A DNA stretch of 64,000 bases from Octopus vulgaris. Its lineage: Eukaryota. The notes under the pieces are model-generated. The model made no database searches. It was not told the DNA's origin and saw only the letters and a program-made list of their open reading frames with translations. The position numbers and the translations under genes are program-made. Every line of letters begins with the position of its first letter. The first letter of the stretch is position 1. Below are positions 51,791-64,000 of the stretch, piece after piece. The stretch is from NCBI GenBank assembly GCA_951406725.2, contig OX597820.1:30504001-30568000 (forward strand), written 5' to 3'.

Positions 51791-53818
51791 GAGAAAGAGA
51801 GAAAGACAGACAGACAGAGAGAGAGAGATGAAAGGTGAATAGAAAGAGGTTTAGAGATAGATAGAAAGGCAGAGAGCGAGGGAAACGAAGAGGAAATTTA
51901 AGGAATTAGAAAAAGAAACCCGAAGATAGGTAAATCGATGGGGAAAAAAATGTAGTAGGGAGAGGTGTAAACGCAGAAAACGTCTATAGTGTGATAGAGA
52001 GGGACGTAAACATAGATTGTGAACAACTGAGAGGGTAATTGCTAGAAAGAAGCAAAGTAACCAGAGAGAAAAGGATATAGTAAAACACTAATAACGAAAT
52101 ATACAATGAGAGGGAGTGAAACAAAGTGAGAGCGGGAGAGAGAGAGAGAGAAAGACAAAGTAAGCGGAAAGGAGGAGGAGGAAATTACTGAAAGAATCGT
52201 TAGTGAGGAAGAAATGCAGAGAAAGAAGGGAAAAGACAGACTCTGAAGAGGAGTACATTTAGAGGAACGACGGACAAACGCCAAATGTGACAGGATTGGA
52301 AATAGGACAAATATATATTTAATAGATAGATAGAGAGAAACAGGACGGTAGAGAAGGTCTCTGGATCCTAAAACAAAAGAAAAGCAGTTGTACCAGAATA
52401 CGAAGATAAGAAAATTAAATGAGAAGTCAAATGAAGCAATAGAAAAAAAGAAACAATAAGGAATTAGAGGGGGACTGTGTGTGTGTGTGAAATAGTGAGC
52501 GATATACATAGCTAGTTAGAAGAGAGAAAGGAAGACTTAGTGTGAAAGAATTAGTTGTTTTGTAGCTGTTGTTAATTTCTTAAGCACTGTTTGACTACCA
52601 TAAGTTAATAGTAGAGGAATAAGAAGTGTGAAAATTTACCGTGTAGCACGTATATGGTTTGTTTCTTTTACTTATAATTGCATCATTTGCTTGGATGTGT
52701 AGGGAGAGGTCGGACAGTTTCTAGTTTGGGCGAAAACTAATAGCTGCTTATCAATTAACAATTTAATATAATGGTATACATATATAGAAGCGTAATTGCA
52801 GGCATCTCGTTAGATCTCAGGACAATACACCTAATTAAATATGCATCAGTTCACCTATCAGCGGGGAATGCTATCTACAGTGTACTGGTGTCCTATCCAG
52901 GGTGCGTAGAGGTGATCAGCTCGCATACACTTACAAAATACAGAGCTGGTAACAGCTTTATGAGTTCATGGAGATATTTATCATTTCATTTGATTTTATT
53001 CTCAAAATTTATCTTGTACGGGGAAGAGAAACTGGCATGTGTTTCATTGACCTCAATGAAAGGACATAGAATGCAAATTTGACTCTTTGAAATTGAATTC
53101 TGAAACGTGCGAAAGACAAACAGGAGACTGTGTACTAGCTTTTATCTTTTACAAGACTCAATCTGGCTCTTTTTGTTGAACTGCTAAGTTATGGTGACAT
53201 AAACAAACCAACGCCAGTTGTCAAGCAGTGGGGTAACAGACACAAAGATGCACACATATGTGACAGAATTCTTTCCATTATCGTCTACCAAATCTCACAA
53301 AGCTTTGGTTGGTCTGAGGCTACAGTGCCGTGTTGTGGGACTAAATCTCAAACTATGTAGTTGGGAAACAAACTGCTTACAACACAGTCATAGGATTCTC
53401 GCCTTTTTTACTATTCTAGATCACTGAAAAGATTGCTCAATATGTCCCAGCCATTCTTCACCAGTCCTTTTAAGTGCCAGTATGAATTTAGAAGCTGACA
53501 ATAGATTTTACTTTACATATAGATAAACAGGAAAGAAACTCATAAGGATTTTGTGTTGTCTTTTTATAGAAAGCAATACTAGAAATCCAATCTCATTCCC
53601 TATCCTTTGCAAACTTTGGTTCCCATAGCTCTTTCTCTATTAAGAACTAAATTAATGTTTCTAACTGCTTTGGAGCCTAAAACACTACCCTGTTCTTCAA
53701 AGATTTCCGGCCGATGGTTTTTGAAACATTTTTTACCATGGAACCCTTTGATTCCTCTTTTACTCAGATGGACCCCCATAGCCATTCAATGTTTAAAAAG
53801 TCTTACTTTATTTCTAAT

Positions 53819-54178
53819 ACTCTTTACTTGTTTCAGTCATTTGACTGCAGCCATGCTGGAGTACTGCATTTAGTCGAGCAAATCGACCCCAAGACTTATT
53901 CTATCGGTCTCTTTTGCCAAACAGCTAGGTTATGAGGACATAAACACACCAGTTGTCAAGCGATGTTGTGGGGACAAACACAGACACACATACATATATA
54001 TATATATACATATATACGACAGGCTTCTTTCAGTTTTGTCTACCAAATCCACTCACAAGGCTTTGGTTGGCCCGAGGCTACAGTAGAAGACACTTGCCCA
54101 AGGTGCCACGCAATGGGACTGAACCCGGAACCATGTGGTTGGTAAGCAAGCTACTTACCACAGAGCCACTCTTATGCC
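53819..54178 (-). mobile_element. SINE family A copy, inserted in a probable hAT-type MITE (about 53710-54312)
   Basis: Reverse complement of 3592-3980. The flanks show a CAGTGGTTCTCAAC-like terminus near 54300. Confidence 0.85.
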
Positions 54179-54436
54179 TAATATTTAATATTATTAGGAA
54201 TTGTATAAAAAAATATTGTTAGAATATTTTGTGTATTCTAGAAGTATAAGCAATTTATTGCAGATAAATTTGAACCAGAAAATTTTATATGGACCTCAGT
54301 TGAGAACCACTGATTTAGACCAACTCATCAATCTCTCAAATCTAGAAGACCTGCACAAGTCATGGAAACTCTTTCTTCTTTCTCTTCAGATTGCTTTATT
54401 TGAATATTAAAAAAAATCTATTCCTGATACTTTTTT

Positions 54437-55493
54437 TTAACCCTTTAGCATTTAAACCAGCCATATTAGGCCCAAATATTCTATCTGTATTATGTTCAAA
54501 CTGCTCAGATCTAGCCTCTCCATACCTCCTCTACAATGTCATTCCAAAAATAAACAATCACATCATTGAAATCTTAATTCTATGAGATAATGCATGATAA
54601 ATTCAAAACAATGTGAATAAATAAGCATTACATATGACAGAGAGGGAAGGCATGTGGCTAAGCGGTCAGGGTATTCAGCTTACAGGTGTAAAGTTGTGAG
54701 TTCAATTCCTGGTAGTGTGTTGTATCTTTGAGCAAGACATTTTATTTCTTGTTGCTCCAGTTCACTCAGCTGGAAAAATTGAGCACTACCTGTATTTCAA
54801 AGGCTGAGCCTTGTTACATTCTGTGTCATGCTGAATCTGCTTGAGAACTACATTAAGGATCAATGACGAAAGGCTGAGAGATGCTGTGACTGCAAAGACC
54901 TGACAATTGAAGTGAGTTCATGGTTTGCAGGACAGCCTGCTGTGTTAACCTTGGATCATAGGGTGACCTGCTGTGCTTGAGGAGACCTATTGAGTCAAGT
55001 ACATCAACATCAAAATAAAAATCAAATGGAATTTTAGTTGTGATACCGTGCCGGTGGCATTTAAAAAGCACCATCTGAACGTGGCCGATGCCAGTGCCAC
55101 CTGACTGGCGTCCGTGTTGGTGACACGTCAAAAGCACCAACTGCCAGCCTTCTCTGGCCCCTGTGCCGGTGGCACATAAAAAGCACCCACTACACTCACG
55201 GAGTGGTTGGTGTTAGGAAGGGCATCCAGCTGTAGAAACACTGCCAGATCAGACTGGAGCCTGGCACACCTCCTGGTTTCCAAGACCCCGGTCGAGCCAT
55301 CCAACCCATGCTAGCATGGAAAACAGACGTTAAACGATGATGATGTCTGTGGAGTGCTCAGCCACTTATGCATTAATTTCATGAGCAGACTGTTCTGTTG
55401 ATTGGATCTATTGGAACCCTCATCATCGTAACCGATAGAGTGCCAGTTATTTAGTTAGTACATATGACAGTAATCTGAATGCTAAAGAGTTAA
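54437..55493. mobile_element. piggyBac-type MITE family 1 copy split by a SINE insertion
   Basis: TTAACCCTTTAGCATT at 54437 and AATGCTAAAGAGTTAA at 55478-55493. The body resumes after the 12-bp duplication. Confidence 0.82.
54641..55458 (+). mobile_element. tRNA-SINE (different family) carrying a nested RTE-tail insert (about 54859-55344); 12-bp TSD
   Basis: TACATATGACAG is duplicated at 54629-54640 and 55459-55470. The uninterrupted SINE body is seen at about 26210-26370. Confidence 0.8.
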
Positions 55494-55974
55494 TGGTTTT
55501 TGGTAAAGAAGAACAAGTGCTGTCTTGAAGTTTGCAGTCCCTTGGGAAACTAATGATATTGACGTAGTTGAGGTTTAGCTTTTAAGAGCTGTAAAACATT
55601 AGTAAGAATGGAATTTTACTTGGTTGGGACAAGGAAAAAGGATCGGACAAAATTGTGGGGAGAAAATTTTAGGAGGTAAGACTGTCAGTCTAATATATCA
55701 CTGTGAGCACTCTAATGTTTTCACAGTGAACATACCAGTCACTGTGAACATTTGGTAAAGAGTACCCTTAAAAGAACTGTATAGGTTGGCAGATTAACAA
55801 TCATCTGGTTCCGAGGTGCCTTTAGCAAAGCTCAATCTGTTGTAGCATTTGAACCAGACACTTTCTGGTTCCTTTTCCACTTTTTCTGCAGGCATTAAAT
55901 CACATTTGTTCAGACTTGGTACCAGTTTAGTAGGGTTTGTAAATATCATGAAAATTACTTCTGCTCTGATTCAC

Positions 55975-56410
55975 TTACAGCAAATTTGTTTTTTTTTCCT
56001 GAGTGATAGGATTGAGGTGATTTATATTCAACTTAAACTTCTGCAAACCAATTCTTGTGGATAAAATGTAGACAGGAAGGGTATTCCAAAGGATTGGAAG
56101 AAGGGGAAGGATAAGAAAAAGTGGGAAGTGACAGGCTTGCAATGGGCAGTACAGAACATATGACAAGGATATGTTGGGTGATCTTGAGTGAAAATGGAAT
56201 GCAACTATTTAACTCTGAGGAGTGAAGGTCATTATAATGTGGTAGAAGAAGTAGAATGAGGAGACAAGATGTCTGTGGGCAATGGACTGTGGAGTATATT
56301 GGTGTGGGAGTCCCTTACCAATTATCAGAATGGCATTCTTTTGGTTGTGGCTAAAGATGTTTTCACATGTAACAGCAGCATTGTCCCAGATATGGGAGAT
56401 ATATTTCATT
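55975..56410 (-). mobile_element. CR1/L2-group (Crack/Daphne-like) LINE 3' remnant
   Basis: MKYISHIW...QKNAI...QSIAHRHLVSSFYFFY and LWNTLP...LQKFKLNINHL match RT C-terminal motifs of this group. Confidence 0.65.
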
Positions 56411-57207
56411 GATATATTGATTGAACGATGCTACATTGATTTTATCTTATTTCTGTAGTGATTTTGATTGATTAAACACTAATTACATTTTCAATAATAG
56501 TCGAGTTGGCTAAGTCAGTAGGGTACTCAGCAACAAGAGATCAGAGGTTCATTTAACTTTCAAATAACCCCAGCTCACCTAGTACTGTTTAGTACTCTTG
56601 CAATTATACATTGGCTGTCAATTCATTTACCATTATGTAAATGAATTGTGCCTAGGCACATATTTATATTTTAATAAGTAAAATGGTTTACTGGTATTTT
56701 ATCATATTTGGAGGCAGATGTAAGCGAGCCTGTTAAACTGTAAAGGAAAAAAACCAGTCAGTTTTAACCTCATCTGAAGCTGCCATAAAGGCCCCCATTG
56801 TCCTTTTTTATGGTAGAACTAATACATATAAATAGAAGTTTTCCAAGCCATGTGGTTTGAGGTTCAGTCCCACTGCATGGCACTTAGGGCAAGTGTCTTC
56901 TACTAAATGCCAGGGTTGATCAAAGTAAGTGGGTTTGATGGATGGAAACTGAAAAAAAGCCTGTCACATGTATAAATATATGCATATATGTGTGTCTCCT
57001 CTTACAAGGGATGTCATTCATTTCTGATCTGCAAAACCATGTCTGGCCATTGAGAAATAGTACCTTGCTTGGAAACAGATGAGGGTTGGCAACAAGTAGG
57101 GCATCTAGCAACAGAAAATCACCACAATGAATTTTGTCAGACCCGTGCAGGTGTTGAAAAGTAGATGCTAAAACAATGGTGATAATGTTGTTGTTGATGA
57201 TGATGAT

Positions 57208-57307
57208 AGGCATAGGAGTGGCTGTGTGGTAAGTAGCTTGCGTACCAACCAAAGCATTGTGTGTGGATTTGGTAGATGGAAACTGAAAGAAGCCTGTTGT
57301 ACATATG

Positions 57308-57381
<74 letters not shown>

Positions 57382-57592
57382 CGTGTGTGTGTCTGTGTTT
57401 GTCCCCCTAATATCACTTGGTAACCGATGCTGGTGTGTTTAGGACCCCGTAACTTAGTGGTTCAGCAAAAGAGATCCATAGAATAAGTACTAGGCTTACA
57501 AAGAATAAGTCCTGGGGTCAATTTGCTCGACTAAAGGCGGTGCTCCTGCATGGCCGCAGTCAAATGAATGAAACAAGTAAAAGAGTAAAGAG
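57208..57592 (+). mobile_element. SINE family A copy with internal deletion and expanded (TA)n(CA)n
   Basis: Collinear with 3592-3980. Confidence 0.85.
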
Positions 57593-58164
57593 AGAGTATG
57601 TGAATGCCAGAAACACTAGACCAGATGTTACAAAACATCTATTTTAACTCAGTTGTCTGTTTGTTATTGTTATCTCCACAATATTGTACAGTATCTAACT
57701 ATCATAGTGTTAGCTACAAAACTTTGCTATTGCTGCCCCCACAACAGTTATTGATATTACCCCTTTATACATGCTGAGTTGAAATCCCACTGAGCTCAAA
57801 TTTTACCTTCCATCTTTCTAGGATTCATTGAATAATGCAGCAGAAAATCCTGGGTTTGAGTTTATCAGATATATAAACCCGCTCAAGATTTGTGACATTG
57901 TGCCAATGACATAAATCAATATTATGATGATTACTATAACTATAACTAATACTTACTGTTTCTAGTTCACTTCAATCACTATCACTACAACCAATGCAAC
58001 CCCCACCATCATTATCACCATCACCTCCACTACCACCACTATCGCCGTAGAAGCAAAAGCAATAGTGCACAGATCTCAAAAAGACAAAAGTGCATCTGGT
58101 GGCATGAGGAAAAACTCACATGAACCAACTAAAAATAAATAAATAAATAGTAATAATAATGATA

Positions 58165-59227
58165 TTATTTTTAAAATAAAATATGGTCCGTTGTCTTCTG
58201 CTGAACTGGGGTCATCTCATCTCTTGACCCTAGGGTCACAGCAGGTCCTCATCTCATGGAGAGTACACGGCGTAAAATGTGTGCAGAACCTAGCAACACT
58301 ATTTTCTGAAGTTCTCACATGTTAACACTGCAAAGGAGTTTGTTGAGCTACTTATCAAGGCCCTTTTTAATTAGCCCTCACGCTCCAATCACCACTAGTG
58401 CTGTGCTGCTTTTCATTCTCCACATCCTGGTCACTTCTATTTCTAGGTCTTTGTACTTAAATAACTTCTCAACTTCTTTAATGGACACATTTCTCTCTGC
58501 TGGTACTGTCACATCTATCATTAAGCATTTCTTATTCCCATCTTTGAGGATTATGTCTGGCCTGTTTGCCTTGATTTCTTTATCGGTGTTGATTGGCATG
58601 TCCCAGAGTACTGTTACATCATCTTCTCTGGTCACAGTTTCAGGTTTATGCTGGTACCATCTTTCTGAAGTTGGAAGCTGGTAGTGTTTACATATCTTCC
58701 AATAGATATGTTGTGCTACTCTATTGTGTCTATGAATATATTCGGTTTTTGCAAGCGCTGTGCATTCAGTTAAGATGTGGTCCACTGTTTCATCCTGCTC
58801 ATGACACATTCTGCATTTCGGGTCAGTGCCATCGTTCATTATTTTGTTGTGGTAAACCTTGGTTGCCAAGCTTTGATCTTGTGCTATGATAAAACCTTTG
58901 GCTTCAGCCTCCAGTCCTGTGCTCTTCATCCATACATGAGTGTCTCGTTTTTCTACATCTGGTTTCTTCACTCTACATGGGTATCAGCGATGCATCGGTT
59001 TTTCTAGCCATTCTTCTTTGCTCTTCTTCTGGGCTTGTTTTTTCATCTCTTTCTTAACTCCTTTAGCAAACTGGGTTACTTTCTCACTCGCCTTCATCCT
59101 AGGTTCTTCCGTCATCAGTTGTTTCCCAAACTGTACAGATTCTTTGTATACCGAGTATAGCTTCTTTACTTTATCATGCTGGTGCACAAGCTTCATTAGA
59201 GGATCTTCTGACAGCTCAAGATATGCA
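58165..59227 (-). mobile_element. 5'-truncated R4/Dong-like non-LTR retrotransposon (CCHC knuckle and restriction-like endonuclease), disrupted
   Basis: CRMCHEQDETVDHILTEC, RHN, RPDIIL...IDVTVP, KYKDL and a frameshifted LQKIVLLGSAHILRRVL. TAA/ATT repeats lie on both flanks. Confidence 0.9.
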
Positions 59228-59256
59228 TTTATTATTATTATTATTATTATTATTAA

Positions 59257-59470
59257 GGTAGTGAGCTGGCAGAATCGTTAGCACGCCGGGCGAAATGCTT
59301 AGTCGTAGTGCATCTGTCTTCACTTTTTTGGGTTCAAATGTCGCCAAGGTCGACTTTGCCTTTCAACCTTTTGGGGGTTAATAAACTAAGTACTAGTTAC
59401 ACACTGAGGTCAATGTAATTGACAGGTACCCTCCCCCCAAATTTCAGGCATTGCGCATGTTGTAGAAAGA
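59257..59470 (+). mobile_element. tRNA-SINE with Deu/Nin-type core (second copy 22912-23080, minus)
   Basis: GGTCGACTTTGCCTTTCAACCTTTTGGGGGTTAATAAACTAAGTAC resembles the Deu/Nin core GCCTTTCATCCTTTCGGGGTCGATAAA-x-AGTACC. Confidence 0.7.
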
Positions 59471-59689
59471 ACTACTACTACTACTACAATAACGACAATA
59501 ATAATAATTGTGTCTTTATTACTCACAGAGACCCATATATACAATATAAAATGTGTCACATAAAAGAAGTTACAAAACATGTAGGGATGTGAACATGTAT
59601 GCATAATGCATTATGAATGGGGAGCAAGTGGCTTCTTACTAATCTTGTGTTAAAGGTTGTGATCTCTCAGCTTCTCATGCATCATCAGT

Positions 59690-60010
59690 CGCTTTTGTAT
59701 GTGGCCCTGGGGAGAAAGTGATTTTGCATCTACGAAGCAATTGCCCCAGCTCCCCTTCAGGGTTGGTGAAAGCGATGTGGTGGACAACGAAAAACCTGGC
59801 TGGTGACAGTCAAGGCTGATCTGGAACCCAACCGAGGCCCCCATATATACAGCGTTCGCTGCCGGAATAAGGAGTGGTTGGAGATCACGCGGTCGTTAGC
59901 CTCAAATCACCAGGTCTGGTCAGCGTTTGTGAGAGATGCAGCATTGAGGCTGAATGAAGCCAATTCAACCCACCCCTGGTGAATGCTGTCTCAAGACAAG
60001 AAGACAAAGT
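59690..60010 (+). mobile_element. RTE-clade LINE 3' end (distinct family, CAAG-type tail)
   Basis: Translates as GGQRKTWLVTVKADLEPNRGPHIY...WSAFVRDA and ends CAAGACAAGAAGACAA. Confidence 0.7.
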
Positions 60011-60793
60011 GATTTTATTTGCTTCTGTTCTAGCACTCCTCAAAGTTATGACTGTTAATCCCCTGGAAACATCGGTAATAGCAGCCATGGTCTTTACCTC
60101 TGGAACCTTCAGTTCAGGTTGTTGCTGTTTCTGCTGGTGTCTTCCACCAACTTTTCTTTCTTTTTACTTTTCCATATTCTTTGAAGTAGAATGTTCTCCC
60201 TTTTGTTTTACATGTTGTCCACTCCTTCACTTTTTCCTTCAGTTGGCTCAAATCAAGATGATTCTTTGGCCAGATGAAAGGTTTTTTTTTTTTATAGTGG
60301 TGTAATTGGTACTATTAATACAATTTTTTACATTCAGATGAATGTTTAAAAACCTTTCTTGTGTGTGTGTGTGTGTATGTGTGCATGTGTTCCATTGTAC
60401 AACTGCATTGTGTTTAAGATTGAAACTTTGTATGTTTATTTTTTTAATTTTTTCTTTGTTTTGTTTTTGTTATCAGTTTTTAAATTTCAATTCTGACATT
60501 TTTTTCATTTGAAGATAATTTGAGGGCGTGTTTGTTTACATTAATGAGACTACAACCACCACTACAATGGAGAGCACCTCTTCCTACTACTTCAGAAGCA
60601 GTTATCTTGCAATGCTTGAAAATATTGTAGAGGCTATTTGCCAAAGATGTATAAATTGCTAAAAATGTCTGAAGACAAACCTTTCAATCAAACATTTCAG
60701 TCATACTGTAACATCTCTTATCCTTCACTCACCCTAGGACACTGGGTGCATTTCAGCGAGTGATTGTAACAAACATTCAGATTAATGTAATTA

Positions 60794-60794
<1 letters not shown>

Positions 60795-60836
<42 letters not shown>

Positions 60837-60852
60837 CAACAATAATAATAAT
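60795..60852. repeat. (AAT)n microsatellite
   Basis: Directly visible. Confidence 0.95.
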
Positions 60853-61231
60853 GATTTCAAATTTTTGGCACTAGGCCAGCAATTTTGGAGGAGGTGGTAA
60901 GTCAATTACATTGAACCCAGTGTTCAACTGGTACATATATCATCATCATCATCATCGTTTAGTGTCCACTTTCCATGCTAGCATGGGTTGGACGGTTCAA
61001 CTGGGGTCTGGGAAGCCAGAAGGCTGCACCAGGCCCAGTCTGATCTGGCAATGTTTCTACGGCTGGATGCCCTTCCTAACGCCAACCACTCCATGAGTGT
61101 AGTGGGTTCTTTTTACGTGCCACCGGCACAGGTGCCAGACGAGACTGGCAAACGGCCACGATCGGATGGTGCTTTTTACGTGCCACCGGCACGGGGGCCA
61201 GACGAGGCTATATATATATATATATATATCA

Positions 61232-61680
61232 ATCATCATCATCATCATTTAACATCCTTTGTCCATGCTGGCATGGGCTGGATGGTTTGACCAGGGCTGG
61301 CAAGCTAGGGGGTTGCACAAACTCCAGTCTGATTTGGCATGGTTTCTACAGCTGCATGTCCTTCCTAACACCAACCACTCCAAGAGTGTAATGGGTGCTT
61401 TTTACATGCCGGTTATGTGACACCAGTGTCAGCCTTTACTACAATTTCACTTGACTTGAGAGGTTTTCTCAAGCACTGCATATCACCAACGATCTCAGTT
61501 ACTAGTCATTGCCTCTGTGAAGCCCAAAGTTCAAAGATCGTGTTTTACCACCTCATACCATGTCTTCCAGGGTCTACCACTACTACAAGTTCCCTCCACA
61601 GATAGAGATCGGCACTTCTTTACAAAGCTGTCCTCATTTATTTGCATCACATGACCATACCAGCACAGTCATCTCTCTTG
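61232..61680 (-). mobile_element. RTE-clade LINE 3' end (RT C-terminus, 3'UTR, (GAT)n tail)
   Basis: Minus translation gives WYGHVM...GRPWKTWYEVVKHDL. The tail ...CCCATGCCAGCATGG...GTTAAATGATGATG is shared with many short copies. Confidence 0.82.
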
Positions 61681-62186
61681 CACACACACACACACACACA
61701 TGTACATGACAGTGGCATATAAAAAAGTATCCAGCACACTTGGTCAAATGGTTGGCGTTAAGGAAGGGCATCCAGCCATAAAAACCATGCCACAACAGAC
61801 AGTTGGAGTCTGGACAGCTCCCAGCTAGCCAGCTCCATGTCAAACCATCCAACCCATGCCATCATGGGGAGAGGATGCTAAACGATGATGATGATGACGA
61901 TGATGATGATACACACACAAGTGTGAGTGTGTATTTAGGTGTGAGTGTGCATTTAGGCGTAAGCGTGTGTGTGTGTGTGTCCTTGTCTTCATGATATTGA
62001 TTGCTTGCAGTCTGGATATTAGTACTGTTTGAATAACAGAAGGAAAAATGACCTTGTTCAATACCTGGTGAGGGTTGGTGACAGGAAAGGCTCCTAATAG
62101 TAGAAAATCTACTTCAAAGGATTTCATTTGATCTTTGCTAGAATGGAATAGTGGAGTATAAATCGGTGATGATGAAGATGATGATG

Positions 62187-62189
<3 letters not shown>

Positions 62190-62252
<63 letters not shown>

Positions 62253-62337
62253 TATACATATATATATACATATACATACATATATATATATATATGCATA
62301 TACATATATATACATATACATATATATACATATACAT

Positions 62338-62408
<71 letters not shown>
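62190..62408. repeat. (TA)n/(TATACA)n compound microsatellite (another at 62647-62751)
   Basis: Directly visible. It is the source of the YIYI-type ORFs. Confidence 0.97.
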
Positions 62409-62413
<5 letters not shown>

Positions 62414-62643
62414 CACCATCCGAGCGTGGCCGTCTGCCAGCCTCGTCTGGCACCTGTGTCGGTGGCACATAAAATCACCCACTACACTCTCGGAGTGGTT
62501 GGCGTTAGGAAGGGCATCCAGCTGTAGAAACACTGCCACATCTGACTGGCCTGGTGCAGCCTTCGGGCTTCCCAGACCCCAGTTGAACCGTCCAACCCAT
62601 GCTAGCATGGAAAGCGGACGTTAAACGATGATGATGATGATGA

Positions 62644-62678
<35 letters not shown>

Positions 62679-62717
62679 TATACATATAAATACATATACA
62701 TATATATACATATACAT

Positions 62718-62751
<34 letters not shown>

Positions 62752-63413
62752 TAAGTATAGGAAAGAATGGAGCTGAACGAAGATTTAACAAAATTCCTTT
62801 ATTTTATTTTCGACATATGTTTCGAAGTCTGCAAAGTTCCTAATTCCGATTGAATAAGGAGTCCATTTTGCAGCTTTCTCTCCAGGAAAATCCAGGAACT
62901 TAATTCTCCAAACAAAATGCACAACAAGCTTTTCGACAAATGCTCACGAGGAGCCCATGAAATTAATGATACAGACTGTCTATCTATATAGACATTATAT
63001 TATGTTAACTTATTTATTTACTTACTAAACTGATAATTACAATAATATACATACATATAACATATTATGCTTTACATATAAGATATAAAATATAGTAATA
63101 TATAAGGATACCAGTAATTATTATAAAATAACAAACATGAATCTGGTACAAAATATCTGTATCAGAGCGATTGGCGTTAGGAAGGGCATCCAGCTGTAGA
63201 AACTCTGCCAGATCAAATTAGAGTCTGGTGCAGCCATCTGGTTCGCCAGACCTCAGTCAAATTGTCCAACCCATGCTAGCATGGAAAGTGGACATTAAAC
63301 GATGATGATGATATACGCTTATATATATATATGTATATAAGGAAAATTATTTTAGCATTTTCAACCTAGTCTTATTTTCCTTATACTTTTCCACTCGTGT
63401 TACTTTTCAACCT

Positions 63414-63416
<3 letters not shown>

Positions 63417-63473
<57 letters not shown>
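63417..63473. repeat. (CA)n microsatellite
   Basis: Directly visible. Confidence 0.97.
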
Positions 63474-63475
<2 letters not shown>

Positions 63476-63639
63476 GCGGTTTTTTTTCAATTGCATGAAC
63501 TAAAAGTTGGATGGGGACAGGATACACTACTGGCATCAACTTGCTATATAATCAAGGAGTAATTTTACCTTGTCCTTATTCTTAGTGCAAGTTTTGAAGA
63601 GTGCAGTTTGATTTTAACAATTATTTTTTCAAAGCTATA

Positions 63640-63930
63640 ATGGAAACGACAAAGGAGCATATTTTGCTTTATGAGTTCAACAAAGGCATTGACACAATGG
63701 AAAGAGCAAGGAATATCAATGCAGTATATGGGGATCAGACACTAAGTGTAAGTTAGTGTCGGCAGTGGTTCCAGAAATTCAGAGCCGGAAATTACAGCCT
63801 AGAAGATGAGCCTCATCCTGGAAGATCTGTAGAGCTTGACAAAAATGTCCAGCAAACCCTGGTGGAACAAAATCCCATCGTAACTATTGAAGAACTAGCA
63901 GAAAAGCCTGGATTTAGTCATTCAACCAGT
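63640..63930 (+). pseudogene. Mariner transposase N-terminal remnant (in-frame TAG at 63754-63756, truncated)
   Basis: ILLYEFNKG...ARNINAVYG...CRQWFQKFRAGNYSLEDEPHPGRS...NPIVTIEELAEK carries the mariner HTH/LED-x-PR-x-GRP signature. Confidence 0.88.
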
Positions 63931-64000
63931 CATTCAAGAATGCAAAACATCCGGACAGCTAGGTGATACAAAAAGGGACAACAAAACATCCAGATAGACG

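Noticed and set aside
52042-52509. 155-aa hydrophobic ORF upstream of the promoter
   Set aside because: It is the antisense reading of a GA-rich low-complexity tract, with no domain or splice support.
61840-62843. Long YIYIYI/HHHH ORFs (up to 212 aa), and similar ones at 56920-57423
   Set aside because: They are translations of (TA)n, (CA)n and (GAT)n microsatellites plus repeat tails.
1-64000. CRISPR arrays, operons or prokaryotic defence systems
   Set aside because: The window is spliceosomal-intron eukaryotic DNA, and I found no regularly spaced repeat-spacer arrays or bacterial-type ORFs.

Overview
AT-rich, microsatellite- and repeat-dense animal genomic DNA. The SINE, MITE and LINE repertoire looks like Octopus or another coleoid cephalopod (inference). 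The main gene is La-related protein 1 (LARP1) on the minus strand. I reconstructed 11 coding exons by hand, from the ATG at 50482 to 2745, all with GT-AG junctions and matching phases (598 codons + 2 nt). They encode the N-terminal EAP-x-P-K-x-NPW, NWP and KWVPL motifs, an RG-rich tract, the La motif, a PAM2 motif and the acidic EELNF-x-x-DEE segment. The DM15 exons are not in the window. The first intron is about 36 kb. The promoter at about 51.6-51.8 kb carries NRF1, ETS, E-box/CLEAR, CCAAT and YY1 motifs plus a TCT/5'TOP-like pyrimidine tract. Best leads: (1) a weak exon-11 donor, a TGCA/GCAC-rich intronic block and a tiny stop-containing terminal exon with AATAAA and a GU-rich element, together predicting a DM15-less short LARP1; (2) a possible 5'TOP start on LARP1's own mRNA; (3) a near-canonical PAM2; (4) a second promoter-like island in intron 1. 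The rest is transposon debris: tRNA-SINEs, RTE/CR1/R4 LINE fragments, piggyBac-type MITEs, a 955-bp foldback palindrome, and hAT, mariner and integrase remnants. Most ORF-track entries are spurious. All protein comparisons are from memory of the families, not from database searches.
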